From positions 64,001 to 128,000 of the IMG/VR virus record IMGVR_UViG_3300036715_001290: 64,000 nucleotides of DNA, one strand, 5' to 3'. Every line of letters begins with the position of its first letter. Within the stretch, counting starts at the first letter, position 1. Of this stretch, positions 31,652 through 41,541 are shown piece after piece. Below the pieces are notes generated by a model, which saw nothing but the letters and a program-made list of their open reading frames with translations, ran no database searches and was not told where the DNA came from. Both the position numbers and the translations under genes were made by a program. This DNA is from a virus.

Positions 31652-32965
31652 ATGAATATTGCAATAGGAAAAATAGGTAAAAGTATAATATTTGATTCCA
31701 CCAAGTGGGGTTTAATAGGTGGCGATGAAATGGCACCAATATTATATTCATTCTTAGCTGAGAAATATCCACAACATAAATTTTACATATTAGGTCAAAC
31801 TGATATAGATTATGTTAGACCAAAGGCAGCTTTAGGAAAACATCAAACATCAAGGGCTGGAAAAACATATACTTTTGAATATCCAAAATTACCTGATAAT
31901 TTAATTAGTGTAGAATCTATGATTGATAAAAGTGTATTACCAACTGCTAAAGAACGCGCCGCTGGAGATCCAACAAATGATCCTGCATTTCAACATAGAT
32001 TACAATATAGATTAATTGCCGATAAGTTAATGGAAATTCCTATTGATTTTGGTATTTTTGTAATGGGACCAACCGGTGCAGTTAATATTCCATGTAGGTC
32101 AAAAATTATTGGTTCAGAAAGAATTGCTATAACATTACAAATGTTTGCAAATTATGCAGGTCCTATATTTGAGTACTTAAACATGTCAGGTATACCTTGG
32201 TTTCATTTAAGTGAAGACCCAAGATATTTACCACCAACATGTAGAGATCTTTTTAATATTGAGAAATTTTCATTAAGTCAAATTAATGGTAAATTTCAAA
32301 CTAAAAGATATCAAGATTATGAACACCAAACAAAATTCATAACCAAAGATGTTGAATATATTTATTCAATGATAGAGACTATATTCTTAATTAAAGAAAA
32401 GAAAATTGACTTTAGGAATATGAATAAGACTGGTGGTTTTATCATGGGTATTAATGAAGGTGGTAAACGTGGTGAAATAATTGAACAATGGTTATTAAGA
32501 TATAATAAAGATATTCAAATTTTTGGTAAATGGGAAGAGTCTTGGCATAAGAAATATCCTAATAATTTTAAAGAAGTTCGTATTGCACCTGGGTATACTG
32601 ATAAATATGGTTTTAAGGAAAATGCATCTGATGAATTTTTGAATGCAAAGTATACATTAATCATAGGTATGAAAAATCCAAAATTTGTAACTCAAAAGTT
32701 TTGGAAAATGATTCATATGGGTATAATACCTTTCTTTCATCCTGACTATGATATAGATAGAATATTCAAAGTACCTACGTTTTTAAGAGTACGTACTCCA
32801 AAACAAATGTGGGAAAGAATTGCCGAATTAGAAAATAACGAAACACTTTATAGAGAAATTCTAAGTCAATTATATGATATGTTAGATGATTCTTTATTTA
32901 ATGGTGAACAAATAAACAAAGTAATAAATGAATCAGTTGTAAAATTGATTGGAAAGTCTTTATAA
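31652..32965 (+). CDS. T4 DNA beta-glucosyltransferase (BGT) homolog
   Basis: Collinear similarity to T4 BGT as I recall it: MNIAI; HLSEDPRYLP; IQIFGK; LIIGMKNPKFVTQKFW; PDYD; RIAELENNETLYREIL. Confidence 0.72.
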   Translation: MNIAIGKIGKSIIFDSTKWGLIGGDEMAPILYSFLAEKYPQHKFYILGQTDIDYVRPKAALGKHQTSRAGKTYTFEYPKLPDNLISVESMIDKSVLPTAKERAAGDPTNDPAFQHRLQYRLIADKLMEIPIDFGIFVMGPTGAVNIPCRSKIIGSERIAITLQMFANYAGPIFEYLNMSGIPWFHLSEDPRYLPPTCRDLFNIEKFSLSQINGKFQTKRYQDYEHQTKFITKDVEYIYSMIETIFLIKEKKIDFRNMNKTGGFIMGINEGGKRGEIIEQWLLRYNKDIQIFGKWEESWHKKYPNNFKEVRIAPGYTDKYGFKENASDEFLNAKYTLIIGMKNPKFVTQKFWKMIHMGIIPFFHPDYDIDRIFKVPTFLRVRTPKQMWERIAELENNETLYREILSQLYDMLDDSLFNGEQINKVINESVVKLIGKSL

Positions 32966-34164
32966 TGAATAAGAAAATAAAATTTGCAACTATCGTGCCT
33001 TTAATTGGTGGTATGACAATAGGTAATATTAAAGCAGTAGGACATAATCCAGAGTTTTTAATATCATGGGATGCATTCAGTAAAAATGATGGTCATCTTA
33101 AAAATTATTTACCAGATGTACCATTTTATATTATAGGTGAAAATGATAGTAATATAAAGACTAAGCACCCTAAAATTGATTTTGTATCTGCTGTATGTCC
33201 ATGTGCAGGTTTATCCATGTTAAATTCAAGTCGTGGTAAAAATGAAAAAAGTAGAGGTGCAGATGCTATACAAAATGAATGGCTTTATAAATCGGCTGAT
33301 TATGTTTTAGATAATATCAAACCTAAAGTATTTTTTGGTGAGAACGCACCTGCATTGTTTGATAGTAAAGCAGGTCTTGGAGTACAATCAAAATTAATTG
33401 AAATTGCAAAAAAATATAATTATAGTTTTTCTGTATATAAAACAAATACAGTATTACATGGAGTTCCACAAAGACGTCCTCGTGCATTTTATTTCTTCTG
33501 GGAAACTGGTATACCTGTATTTGAGTGGTTCAACGAACCAATATCAGATGTTGCAACATTCTTAAAGGATAATATTAATGAGAAATATACAAACGTATTT
33601 CCATTTGCACATGATGTAAAAGATACATATTTCTATCAATTCTTAAAACATTTACATGGTGATAATTTTAGACAAATTGTAAAGGATGTAATGAATGATA
33701 AAGAATCTATTACATTCTGGGAATATATAATTAAAATAAATAAAGTTGCGGACTTTATTGACTTTGTGAAAAAAAATGATTATTTTAATAAATCGGTTGT
33801 ATTAAAAAAATCCATCCGAGCAAAAGAAAAACTTGATAATGGTTTTGGTATTTGGACTGATAATATTATATTGATTAATAAATCAACCCCAGCTATGATT
33901 AGCAGAAATACAAACATGGTTCATCCTACTGAAGATAGATATTTTACAGTATCTGAATATATGGCTCTTATGGGTATGCCTCATGATTTTGAATTTTTTG
34001 AAGATAAAGTTAATATTCAAATACTTGGACAAAATGTTCCAGTAAAAACTGCATCTGATATGACATCTCAAGTTGTTAAATATATTAATGGTGAATTAAA
34101 ACCAACAAAGTATACTTATATGAGACAAAATAATTGTACACAAAAATTAACATTTGACAAATGA
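32965..34164 (+). CDS. C5-cytosine DNA methyltransferase-like protein with degenerate motif I
   Basis: PC (CPCAGLS), ENAP, GVPQRRPR, HPTEDR, LGQNVP present; FxGxG replaced by VPLIGG. Confidence 0.75.
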   Translation: MNKKIKFATIVPLIGGMTIGNIKAVGHNPEFLISWDAFSKNDGHLKNYLPDVPFYIIGENDSNIKTKHPKIDFVSAVCPCAGLSMLNSSRGKNEKSRGADAIQNEWLYKSADYVLDNIKPKVFFGENAPALFDSKAGLGVQSKLIEIAKKYNYSFSVYKTNTVLHGVPQRRPRAFYFFWETGIPVFEWFNEPISDVATFLKDNINEKYTNVFPFAHDVKDTYFYQFLKHLHGDNFRQIVKDVMNDKESITFWEYIIKINKVADFIDFVKKNDYFNKSVVLKKSIRAKEKLDNGFGIWTDNIILINKSTPAMISRNTNMVHPTEDRYFTVSEYMALMGMPHDFEFFEDKVNIQILGQNVPVKTASDMTSQVVKYINGELKPTKYTYMRQNNCTQKLTFDK

Positions 34165-34376
34165 AATTTGAATTAGTTAAAGCAGATATCTTGCATATGG
34201 TATTAGGTTGTGATCCTTCATTTATAGAGGATCACACTTATATGCAATATGGACATTACATTAGTGCACATGGTACTTTAATATGGTCATGGTATGAAGC
34301 ATTATTAACATTATTAACGGAAGAAGAATTGTTAGATTTATATAATAGATGTACAAAGGATAAAATTAAAAGATGA
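34161..34376 (+). CDS. Hypothetical protein
   Basis: 71-aa ORF with ATGA overlaps on both sides. Confidence 0.55.
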   Translation: MKFELVKADILHMVLGCDPSFIEDHTYMQYGHYISAHGTLIWSWYEALLTLLTEEELLDLYNRCTKDKIKR

Positions 34377-35122
34377 ATGTTTTTAAAGAAAATTGGTTAA
34401 AAGCAAATTCAAATGAACAAAGACTAATAGAAACAATTATAGACTTTAAATTAAAAATTGATACAAATGATATAGTTATTGATAAGTCAGGAGTAAAGAC
34501 AGTTGAGATATTAAATTATAATGTTGTTTTAAGTCCAAACCAACCTGAACTAAATTTCTTTGATATAAGAAAAACTCCAACTAAATATGTTAATGATGAA
34601 ATAGATTGGTATTTAACAAAGGATATGAAAGTACCTGATGTAATATTAAAGAAAGCTCCAGTTTGGAGAACTGTAATGTCTAAACAAGGTTTAGTAAATT
34701 CAAATTATGGATATCTGGTTTATTCTGATGGTAATTATAAACAATATGAACATGTACTTAATGAATTAAAAAATAATTCATTTTCTCGTAGAGCAATGTT
34801 AGTTTATATAAGACCATCTATTTGGGAAGAATATAATCAAGATGGTAAAAATGATTTTATTTGTACATTAGGTTCACAATATTTTATTAGAGATAATGAA
34901 TTTATTAGTATTGTTAATATGAGGTCAAATGATTTTATATTTGGTTTCTTTAATGATTTTGCTTGGCAATGTTTTGTTACTAAATGTTTATATGAAGATC
35001 TGTTAGTTACATATCCTAATCTTAAATTAGGAAAATTATATTGGAACGCGAATACTATGCACGTTTATGAACGTCATTTTGATATGATTAATAACATTTA
35101 TAATACATATTATCATGGATAA
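34373..35122 (+). CDS. dCMP hydroxymethylase (T4 gp42-like, thymidylate synthase family)
   Basis: DFICT catalytic Cys; MRSNDFIFGFFNDFAWQ carries Asp at the cytosine/uracil specificity position; HVYERHF. Confidence 0.85.
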   Translation: MNVFKENWLKANSNEQRLIETIIDFKLKIDTNDIVIDKSGVKTVEILNYNVVLSPNQPELNFFDIRKTPTKYVNDEIDWYLTKDMKVPDVILKKAPVWRTVMSKQGLVNSNYGYLVYSDGNYKQYEHVLNELKNNSFSRRAMLVYIRPSIWEEYNQDGKNDFICTLGSQYFIRDNEFISIVNMRSNDFIFGFFNDFAWQCFVTKCLYEDLLVTYPNLKLGKLYWNANTMHVYERHFDMINNIYNTYYHG

Positions 35123-35516
35123 GTTCGATAAATTATATTTGGATATTGCTAAAACATTAGCATGTATGTCACATTCTACACGAGCTAAAGTAGGTGCACT
35201 TATTGTAAAAGATAGGTGCATTATTGCTGAAGGTTGGAACGGCACACCAAGTGGTTGGAATAATACATGTGAAGATGAAAATAATGTTACATTACCTGAA
35301 GTTATTCATGCTGAGTGTAATGCAATTTTAAAGTGTGCAAGATTAGGTAATTCCGTTGAAGGTGCAACATTATATGTTACATTATCACCTTGTTTTGAAT
35401 GTTCAAAAATGATAGTACAATCAGGAATTAAGTCAGTATACTATTTTGAAGAATATAGAGATACAAAACCATTATTATTTTTAAGAAAAAATAATATTAG
35501 CGTTAATACAATATAA
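35115..35516 (+). CDS. dCMP deaminase
   Basis: VGALIV, GWNG, HAE, SPCFEC. Confidence 0.9.
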   Translation: MDKFDKLYLDIAKTLACMSHSTRAKVGALIVKDRCIIAEGWNGTPSGWNNTCEDENNVTLPEVIHAECNAILKCARLGNSVEGATLYVTLSPCFECSKMIVQSGIKSVYYFEEYRDTKPLLFLRKNNISVNTI

Positions 35517-35903
35517 TTATAATTCTTCTACTTTACCTGTTAATTCAATATTTTGGATTGGTTTCCAATTGGTTAGCATGTTACTCATTACTGGTTTTCC
35601 ACCATTAGATTTATTTACAGCAATTGTAATATGTTTAATTTGATTTTTGCTTGGAACATCAGTAACAACCTTTACAGCTATTACTTTGTTATTCGATGCA
35701 ATTTCGGTAGCGATTAATTTAACTATCTTTGATTTTAATTGTTTATACTTTAGGTTACCTAAATTAATAGTCATATGATGAGCATAAATTACCCAATCGT
35801 TAGGAATTTCAATACTTCTTAACAATTTATTATGAGATACCCTGTCTAAAACAACGGCACTGTATGATACATTATATTCTTTTAATAGTGTTATTAATTT
35901 CAT
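35517..35903 (-). CDS. 2H phosphoesterase with MKLITLLKE N-terminus
   Basis: Two HxT motifs (HMT, HIT); only convincing minus-strand gene. Confidence 0.75.
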   Translation of the reverse strand: MKLITLLKEYNVSYSAVVLDRVSHNKLLRSIEIPNDWVIYAHHMTINLGNLKYKQLKSKIVKLIATEIASNNKVIAVKVVTDVPSKNQIKHITIAVNKSNGGKPVMSNMLTNWKPIQNIELTGKVEEL

Positions 35904-35965
35904 GTTAATAAATATTATTAAATTGAATATTCACATTATATTTATAAATAAAACAAACTACAAAA

Positions 35966-36823
35966 ATGAACACAATAAGTTACAGTCAATACACAACATA
36001 CAAAAATTGTAAACATCAATGGAAATTGATATATAAAGATGGTATACGTCCACCAAATGGAAATATACATTCTTTATTTGGTACTGCTATGCACCAAACA
36101 TTACAGGAAATGTTAAATCAATATTATAATGTATCTAAAAGAGCATTTTATGATTTTGATTATGCCGATTTTTTATTTGAATCTATGAAAGCCGAATATG
36201 AAAAATCAAAAAGTGAAGGTCTAGTTTTTACCGATAAAATTGAATTTGCTGAATTTTATAACGATGGTTTAATTGGTATATCATATTTCGTTAAACATGT
36301 TGATGAATACTTTAAACATAGGGGATTCAAATTAGTTGGTGTTGAAACAAAGTTATCATATCCATTACGACCAAATTTAAGTTTTACAGGTTATATAGAT
36401 GTTATTATATATGATGTACAAAATGAATCATATAGAATTATAGATCTTAAAAAATCATATAGAGGTTGGGGAGATAATGATAAGTTAAATAAAAGAGCTC
36501 AGCTTCAATTATATAAACATTTTTATTCATTACAATTTAATGTACCCGCAAAAAATATTGATGTAGAATTTATTATCTTTAAACAAAAATTATTTGTTCC
36601 TAAAGATCCAATGTATAGGCCAAAAAATATCCAACGATTTGAACCACCAACTGGACCTGTAACATTAAAGAAAGTTGTTGGTGAGTTCAATGCATTTATT
36701 GAGGAAGCATATGATGTCGAAGGATTTCATAGAGAAGCCGAATATAAAGCATCACCAAGTAAAAAGGCATGTAATTTTTGCCCATTCAAAACAAAGAAAG
36801 ATTTATGTAAACATGGACGATAA
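35966..36823 (+). CDS. PD-(D/E)XK (RecB/Cas4-like) nuclease
   Basis: SYSQY..C, GTAMH, GYIDV, IIDLK, QLQLY, CNFCP...C. Confidence 0.85.
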   Translation: MNTISYSQYTTYKNCKHQWKLIYKDGIRPPNGNIHSLFGTAMHQTLQEMLNQYYNVSKRAFYDFDYADFLFESMKAEYEKSKSEGLVFTDKIEFAEFYNDGLIGISYFVKHVDEYFKHRGFKLVGVETKLSYPLRPNLSFTGYIDVIIYDVQNESYRIIDLKKSYRGWGDNDKLNKRAQLQLYKHFYSLQFNVPAKNIDVEFIIFKQKLFVPKDPMYRPKNIQRFEPPTGPVTLKKVVGEFNAFIEEAYDVEGFHREAEYKASPSKKACNFCPFKTKKDLCKHGR

Positions 36824-37235
36824 AATTAATTTATATTTTGATTCAAAAACACTAACGGAAGAAATGTTTGATGATTTTATCGAACTTTTAGTTATTTTAT
36901 CTAAAGATTTGAAATTACGATTTAATGTATATTATGGAACACAAACATATCATATTAAGACAATGTTTAATGGTAAGATAATTCAATTTAATTCAGATTA
37001 TGATATGAATAAGAAATATTCAATATACTTTAAAAATTCAACAGATCCTATAGATAATGATATTAAATATAGACATTTGTTAGAATATGATAATACCAAT
37101 ATTGATAAATTTATGATTGATGTGTTTGTATTAGTTAGTTTATTAAAAGGAATATCAAATGGGTTACAACAACAACGATACGCTTTTACTAGGAATAACG
37201 GGAAGTCCAAATTACACGGACAAAATAAAAATTAA
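36813..37235 (+). CDS. Hypothetical protein
   Basis: ATG 36813 preferred over overlapping track start. Confidence 0.45.
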   Translation: MDDKINLYFDSKTLTEEMFDDFIELLVILSKDLKLRFNVYYGTQTYHIKTMFNGKIIQFNSDYDMNKKYSIYFKNSTDPIDNDIKYRHLLEYDNTNIDKFMIDVFVLVSLLKGISNGLQQQRYAFTRNNGKSKLHGQNKN

Positions 37236-37578
37236 AAAATTTATATATGATTCATTATTAAAAAAGACTAAGAAATATAGAATCATTACATTAGGACAAA
37301 AATCAGGTGCTGATAGAATTGTAAAAGATATTTGCTTAGATGATTTTAATGTACCTTATGGAGAAATTCCACCTTTTTACAAAGAATATAATCAGTGGTG
37401 TATATTACCAGCATATAGATATAATAAAGAATATTCAAAAGCTTTACTTTTTTCATCATTAAATGAATACGTAAAAAGAATGAATATTATTATTTTATTC
37501 ACAAATGATAACAATGAAAATACCGATTATATTTATAATAAATCAAAAAAAACAAACAAAAATTTAATATTATTATAG
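37159..37578 (+). CDS. SLOG/YspA-like protein
   Basis: GITGS...IITLG..SGAD pattern. Confidence 0.5.
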   Translation: MGYNNNDTLLLGITGSPNYTDKIKIKKFIYDSLLKKTKKYRIITLGQKSGADRIVKDICLDDFNVPYGEIPPFYKEYNQWCILPAYRYNKEYSKALLFSSLNEYVKRMNIIILFTNDNNENTDYIYNKSKKTNKNLILL

Positions 37579-37587
37579 GTTATATAC

Positions 37588-39039
37588 ATGTTAAGAGAAT
37601 TTATAAATCTCGATGACTTTTTAGAGTTTGATAAATATAAAACTCCAATTCCTAAAGCCGAACGCAAAACATTATTAATGATATCTGATGATATGTTTAC
37701 ACCAAGCGGTGTTGCAAATGTATCAAAAAATATTATCTTGAAAACTGCACATCATTTTAATTGGGTGCAATTGGCATCAATGCAAAATCATCCAAAACAA
37801 GGAAATATTTTTAATCTTGATGAAGAGTTAAAAACTCAATTCGGTATAGAGGATGCATCGGTTACATTAATTCCAATAAGTGGTTTTGGTGATGAAAGAA
37901 CAATTAATCAAATATTAGAAATGTTTAATATTTCTGGAATATTATTCATAACAGATCCTAAATATTTTGTTTGGTTATTTGAGATAGAACATCAATTACG
38001 TACAAGAGTCCCTTTATTATATTATCATGTTTGGGATAATATACCTAATCCAAAATACAATAAATCATTTTATGAATCATGTGATTATATTGCATCAATT
38101 AGTAAATTAACTCACAGTATTATTAAAAATACAATTTCACCTGAATTATTACGTGATTTATATTTAACTTACATTCCACATGGTGTTGATGAAAAAGTAT
38201 TTTTTAAGATAGATGAAACCGATGAAGATTATAAAAAATTCAAATCAGACTTCTTAAAAACTGAAGATGAATTATTTACCGTATTATATAATAGTAGAAA
38301 CCAAAATAGAAAACGCACAACGGTTTTACTTGAAGCATTTGGTAAATTTTTAAAGATGCCGAATGTTGATGTAGATAAATGTAAATTAATTTTACATACT
38401 GATATGTTTCCTGCTAATCCTGATGGAACAAACTTATATGCATGCATAGAGGATGTATACACTGATATAAAAGGTAAATATATTGAAACTAATGGAATAA
38501 TGGACCAAAAGCTTATTAATTATTTATATAATATAGCTGATGTAACCGTTAGTACTTCTAATGCAGAGGGATTTGGTTTAGGTACATTAGAATCAATGAT
38601 GGCAGAAACTCCAATTATAGCAAATATAACAGGAGGTCTACAAGATCAGTTTAATTTTATAGATGAAAATGAAAATCCATTAACTGTTGACAAATACACA
38701 GAAACATTTCAAACAAACTCTATTAGAAAATATGAAAGACAATCTTCGGTAGTTGGTGTACCAGTATTTCCTAAATTAACATGGTCATTTGGAAGTATAC
38801 TTACACCATATATTAACAATGATGAAGTATCTTCAGATGATATTGCTGATGCAATATATTTAATGTATACTATCGGAAAACATGGTCGCGACCAAATGGG
38901 TAAAGATGGTAGAGAATCTGCTTTAGGTTTTATTAAAGGTATGTATGCTGATAATATGGCATATAGATTTATGAAAACAATTGATGAGTTTCTTACATTA
39001 TGGAAACCAAAATCAAAATTCAAAATTTTTAAGGGTTAA
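37588..39039 (+). CDS. GT-B (GT4-like) glycosyltransferase
   Basis: IPHGVD, RNQNRK, EGFGLGTLESM. Confidence 0.85.
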   Translation: MLREFINLDDFLEFDKYKTPIPKAERKTLLMISDDMFTPSGVANVSKNIILKTAHHFNWVQLASMQNHPKQGNIFNLDEELKTQFGIEDASVTLIPISGFGDERTINQILEMFNISGILFITDPKYFVWLFEIEHQLRTRVPLLYYHVWDNIPNPKYNKSFYESCDYIASISKLTHSIIKNTISPELLRDLYLTYIPHGVDEKVFFKIDETDEDYKKFKSDFLKTEDELFTVLYNSRNQNRKRTTVLLEAFGKFLKMPNVDVDKCKLILHTDMFPANPDGTNLYACIEDVYTDIKGKYIETNGIMDQKLINYLYNIADVTVSTSNAEGFGLGTLESMMAETPIIANITGGLQDQFNFIDENENPLTVDKYTETFQTNSIRKYERQSSVVGVPVFPKLTWSFGSILTPYINNDEVSSDDIADAIYLMYTIGKHGRDQMGKDGRESALGFIKGMYADNMAYRFMKTIDEFLTLWKPKSKFKIFKG

Positions 39040-39040
39040 T

Positions 39041-40321
39041 ATGAAACAAACTTTATTGTTCGCAGGTCCTGTTGCTACACGTTCTGGATATGGTGCACAC
39101 TCTCGAGATTTATTAAGATCATTAATATCAATGGATTTATTTGATATTTCAGTTTCACCTACAATTTGGGGTAACACCCCAATGGATGCATTAGATCCTG
39201 TAACTGATAATGATATCATTTCATTATTTATTAAATCACAACCACCTCAACCTGATGTTTTTGTACAAGTAACAATACCAAATGAATTTCAAAAATTTGG
39301 TAAATTTTTGAATATAGGTATTACCGCGGGTATAGAAACTGATTTAATTTCACCATCATGGGTTGAAGGTTGTAATAGAATGGATATGATAATAGTTCCA
39401 TCTCAGTTTGCAAAAGATACTTTCATTCGTTCAAAATGGAAAGTTGCTGGTGATAGAGAATTGGTTATAACTAAACCAATACATGTTTTATTTGAAGGAG
39501 TTGATACTGAAATTTATAAAGCAGTTAATGTAAGTAAAACAATGAGAGATTTGTTAAACTTTATACCTGAAAGTTTTGTATTTTTATTTACAGGACATTG
39601 GTTAAATGGAGATATTGGTGCTGATAGAAAGAATGTATCAACAATGTTATTAACATTCTTTCAAACATTCAGTAATGTTAAAAATCCACCTGCTTTATTA
39701 TTAAAGACCGGTAATAGATTTTCTAAAATAGAAGAACAATACATTAAAGCTCGTATTGATGCAGTTAAGAATTATGCAATAAATAATTTTAAGATAAAAA
39801 AACTACCTAATGTATATGTTTTATTTGGTGAATTAACCGATTCACAAATGAATGAATTATATAATCATTCTAAAATAAATGCTATGATATCATTTACACA
39901 TGGTGAAGGATATGGTAGACCTCTTGCGGAATTTGCAACTACAGGTAAGCCTATCATAGCATCAAATTGGAGTGGTTATTTAGATTTTCTAAATGATTCA
40001 AATTCAATATTAGTTAATGGTGAATTAGGTCAACCACACGAATCAGTACTTTGGAAAGATATAATTATACCAGAATCAAAATGGTTTAATATTAATGGTA
40101 CACAAGCAGCTATATCATTAAGTAATATTTTTAATAAATACCAATCACCTGAATATGTAAATATGGGTAGAGAATGTAGAGATAATATCAATACTAATTT
40201 TTCATTAGAATTAATGAAAACACAATTTAAAGAATTAATGTCTAAGTTAATAGATGATTTAGATGCACCACAAGAATTTCCATTTAATATAACGGAGGTA
40301 CAAAATGATAATAAAGGTTAA
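39041..40321 (+). CDS. GT-B (GT4-like) glycosyltransferase
   Basis: SGYG, VPS, EGVD, GEGYGRPLAEF. Confidence 0.85.
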   Translation: MKQTLLFAGPVATRSGYGAHSRDLLRSLISMDLFDISVSPTIWGNTPMDALDPVTDNDIISLFIKSQPPQPDVFVQVTIPNEFQKFGKFLNIGITAGIETDLISPSWVEGCNRMDMIIVPSQFAKDTFIRSKWKVAGDRELVITKPIHVLFEGVDTEIYKAVNVSKTMRDLLNFIPESFVFLFTGHWLNGDIGADRKNVSTMLLTFFQTFSNVKNPPALLLKTGNRFSKIEEQYIKARIDAVKNYAINNFKIKKLPNVYVLFGELTDSQMNELYNHSKINAMISFTHGEGYGRPLAEFATTGKPIIASNWSGYLDFLNDSNSILVNGELGQPHESVLWKDIIIPESKWFNINGTQAAISLSNIFNKYQSPEYVNMGRECRDNINTNFSLELMKTQFKELMSKLIDDLDAPQEFPFNITEVQNDNKG

Positions 40322-40520
40322 AGATAAAAACTCAAATGAGGTTTTTGAAGCAAAACGATATGCAGAAAATACTGTTGTATTATTAGAAACACAATCAATT
40401 AATGTTACACCTGATAATTGGGTGTTAGTAAATTCAACTGATAAATCAGTTGTTGCTGTATTAACCGAGAGTGAATTTAATGATAGATATACAAAGATTA
40501 ATCAATTGTTAATGGATTAA
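40305..40520 (+). CDS. Hypothetical protein
   Basis: GGAGG RBS, 71 aa. Confidence 0.55.
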   Translation: MIIKVKDKNSNEVFEAKRYAENTVVLLETQSINVTPDNWVLVNSTDKSVVAVLTESEFNDRYTKINQLLMD

Positions 40521-40522
40521 TA

Positions 40523-41155
40523 ATGGAAACTGTAATAAAACAATTACCGATATTTTATGATCCTATAACTTTTACACCAAAGTTTGTATTAAGAATAGAT
40601 ACACTATTAGAATATTCTGATATACATATTGAAGAAATAGAACAATATCTAAATCATTTAGGTGATGATACTGTTTTATCAGACAAACAACAATTAGCAT
40701 TAGTAACCAAAAATATTAATGATGGTAATTATAAAGTATATCCATATGATGTAAAAGTGGATGGTTTGGATATTAAAGAAGGTGAAAATCCTAAAGAAAT
40801 ACAAGAAAGATTTACTTCCAAATTTAGAACATGGTGTTTAGATCCTTCACATCCAGTTAAATCTAATTTAATATTAGTTACTCCAGAACGGTGGACTGAA
40901 ATGTTAAATAAAGAAGGAACTAGTAAAGCATTTACAACAAAAAAAATAACAGTGTTACCAATAACAATGTCATTAAATAGTATATTTACTGAAATTGATA
41001 AAGAATTATATTATAGACATGATAATAATAAAATTTATTTAGTTTCTTTAATGTTAACTCCAAATATATTTGCATTACAACCAAATACTAAATTTGAATA
41101 TATACCATCTATTGGTATATTAGCAAGGTATGCGGTGTTTAATAATGAGCAATAA
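40523..41155 (+). CDS. Hypothetical protein
   Basis: 210-aa ORF in operon. Confidence 0.55.
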   Translation: METVIKQLPIFYDPITFTPKFVLRIDTLLEYSDIHIEEIEQYLNHLGDDTVLSDKQQLALVTKNINDGNYKVYPYDVKVDGLDIKEGENPKEIQERFTSKFRTWCLDPSHPVKSNLILVTPERWTEMLNKEGTSKAFTTKKITVLPITMSLNSIFTEIDKELYYRHDNNKIYLVSLMLTPNIFALQPNTKFEYIPSIGILARYAVFNNEQ

Positions 41156-41534
41156 GTTTATAAAATATAATTGGGTATTTGCTAACTCAACTGCAACATC
41201 GGTTAATAACCTTAAAGCCGGTGATGTAGCAATGTTATCATATTCATTATCATTAGATAATAAAACACCAACTGTAATTATATTAAATCCAAGAGATGAA
41301 AATAATTTATTACATTGTTTAGTTTTAGATTATATGTCTCCAAATGAGTTCGAACAGTTAACAAAACAAATTGCCAATAAGATGTCATTAAGCGAACATA
41401 TTAGAAAAAACACAGGTAAAGGCAATTTTAATACATATTATAAATCAATTAAAAAATACATTACATCAACAAAGCAGGCATGTTATAGAACATATAAAAT
41501 ATCAACTATAACATCAGCAAAGTTGTTGTCATAA
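41145..41534 (+). CDS. Hypothetical protein
   Basis: ORF in operon; C-terminal CYRTY motif. Confidence 0.5.
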   Translation: MSNKFIKYNWVFANSTATSVNNLKAGDVAMLSYSLSLDNKTPTVIILNPRDENNLLHCLVLDYMSPNEFEQLTKQIANKMSLSEHIRKNTGKGNFNTYYKSIKKYITSTKQACYRTYKISTITSAKLLS

Positions 41535-41541
41535 GGAAACG

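Noticed and set aside
34373-35122. Ordinary thymidylate synthase ThyA
   Set aside because: Asp at the specificity position and gp42-like motifs favour a dCMP-modifying enzyme
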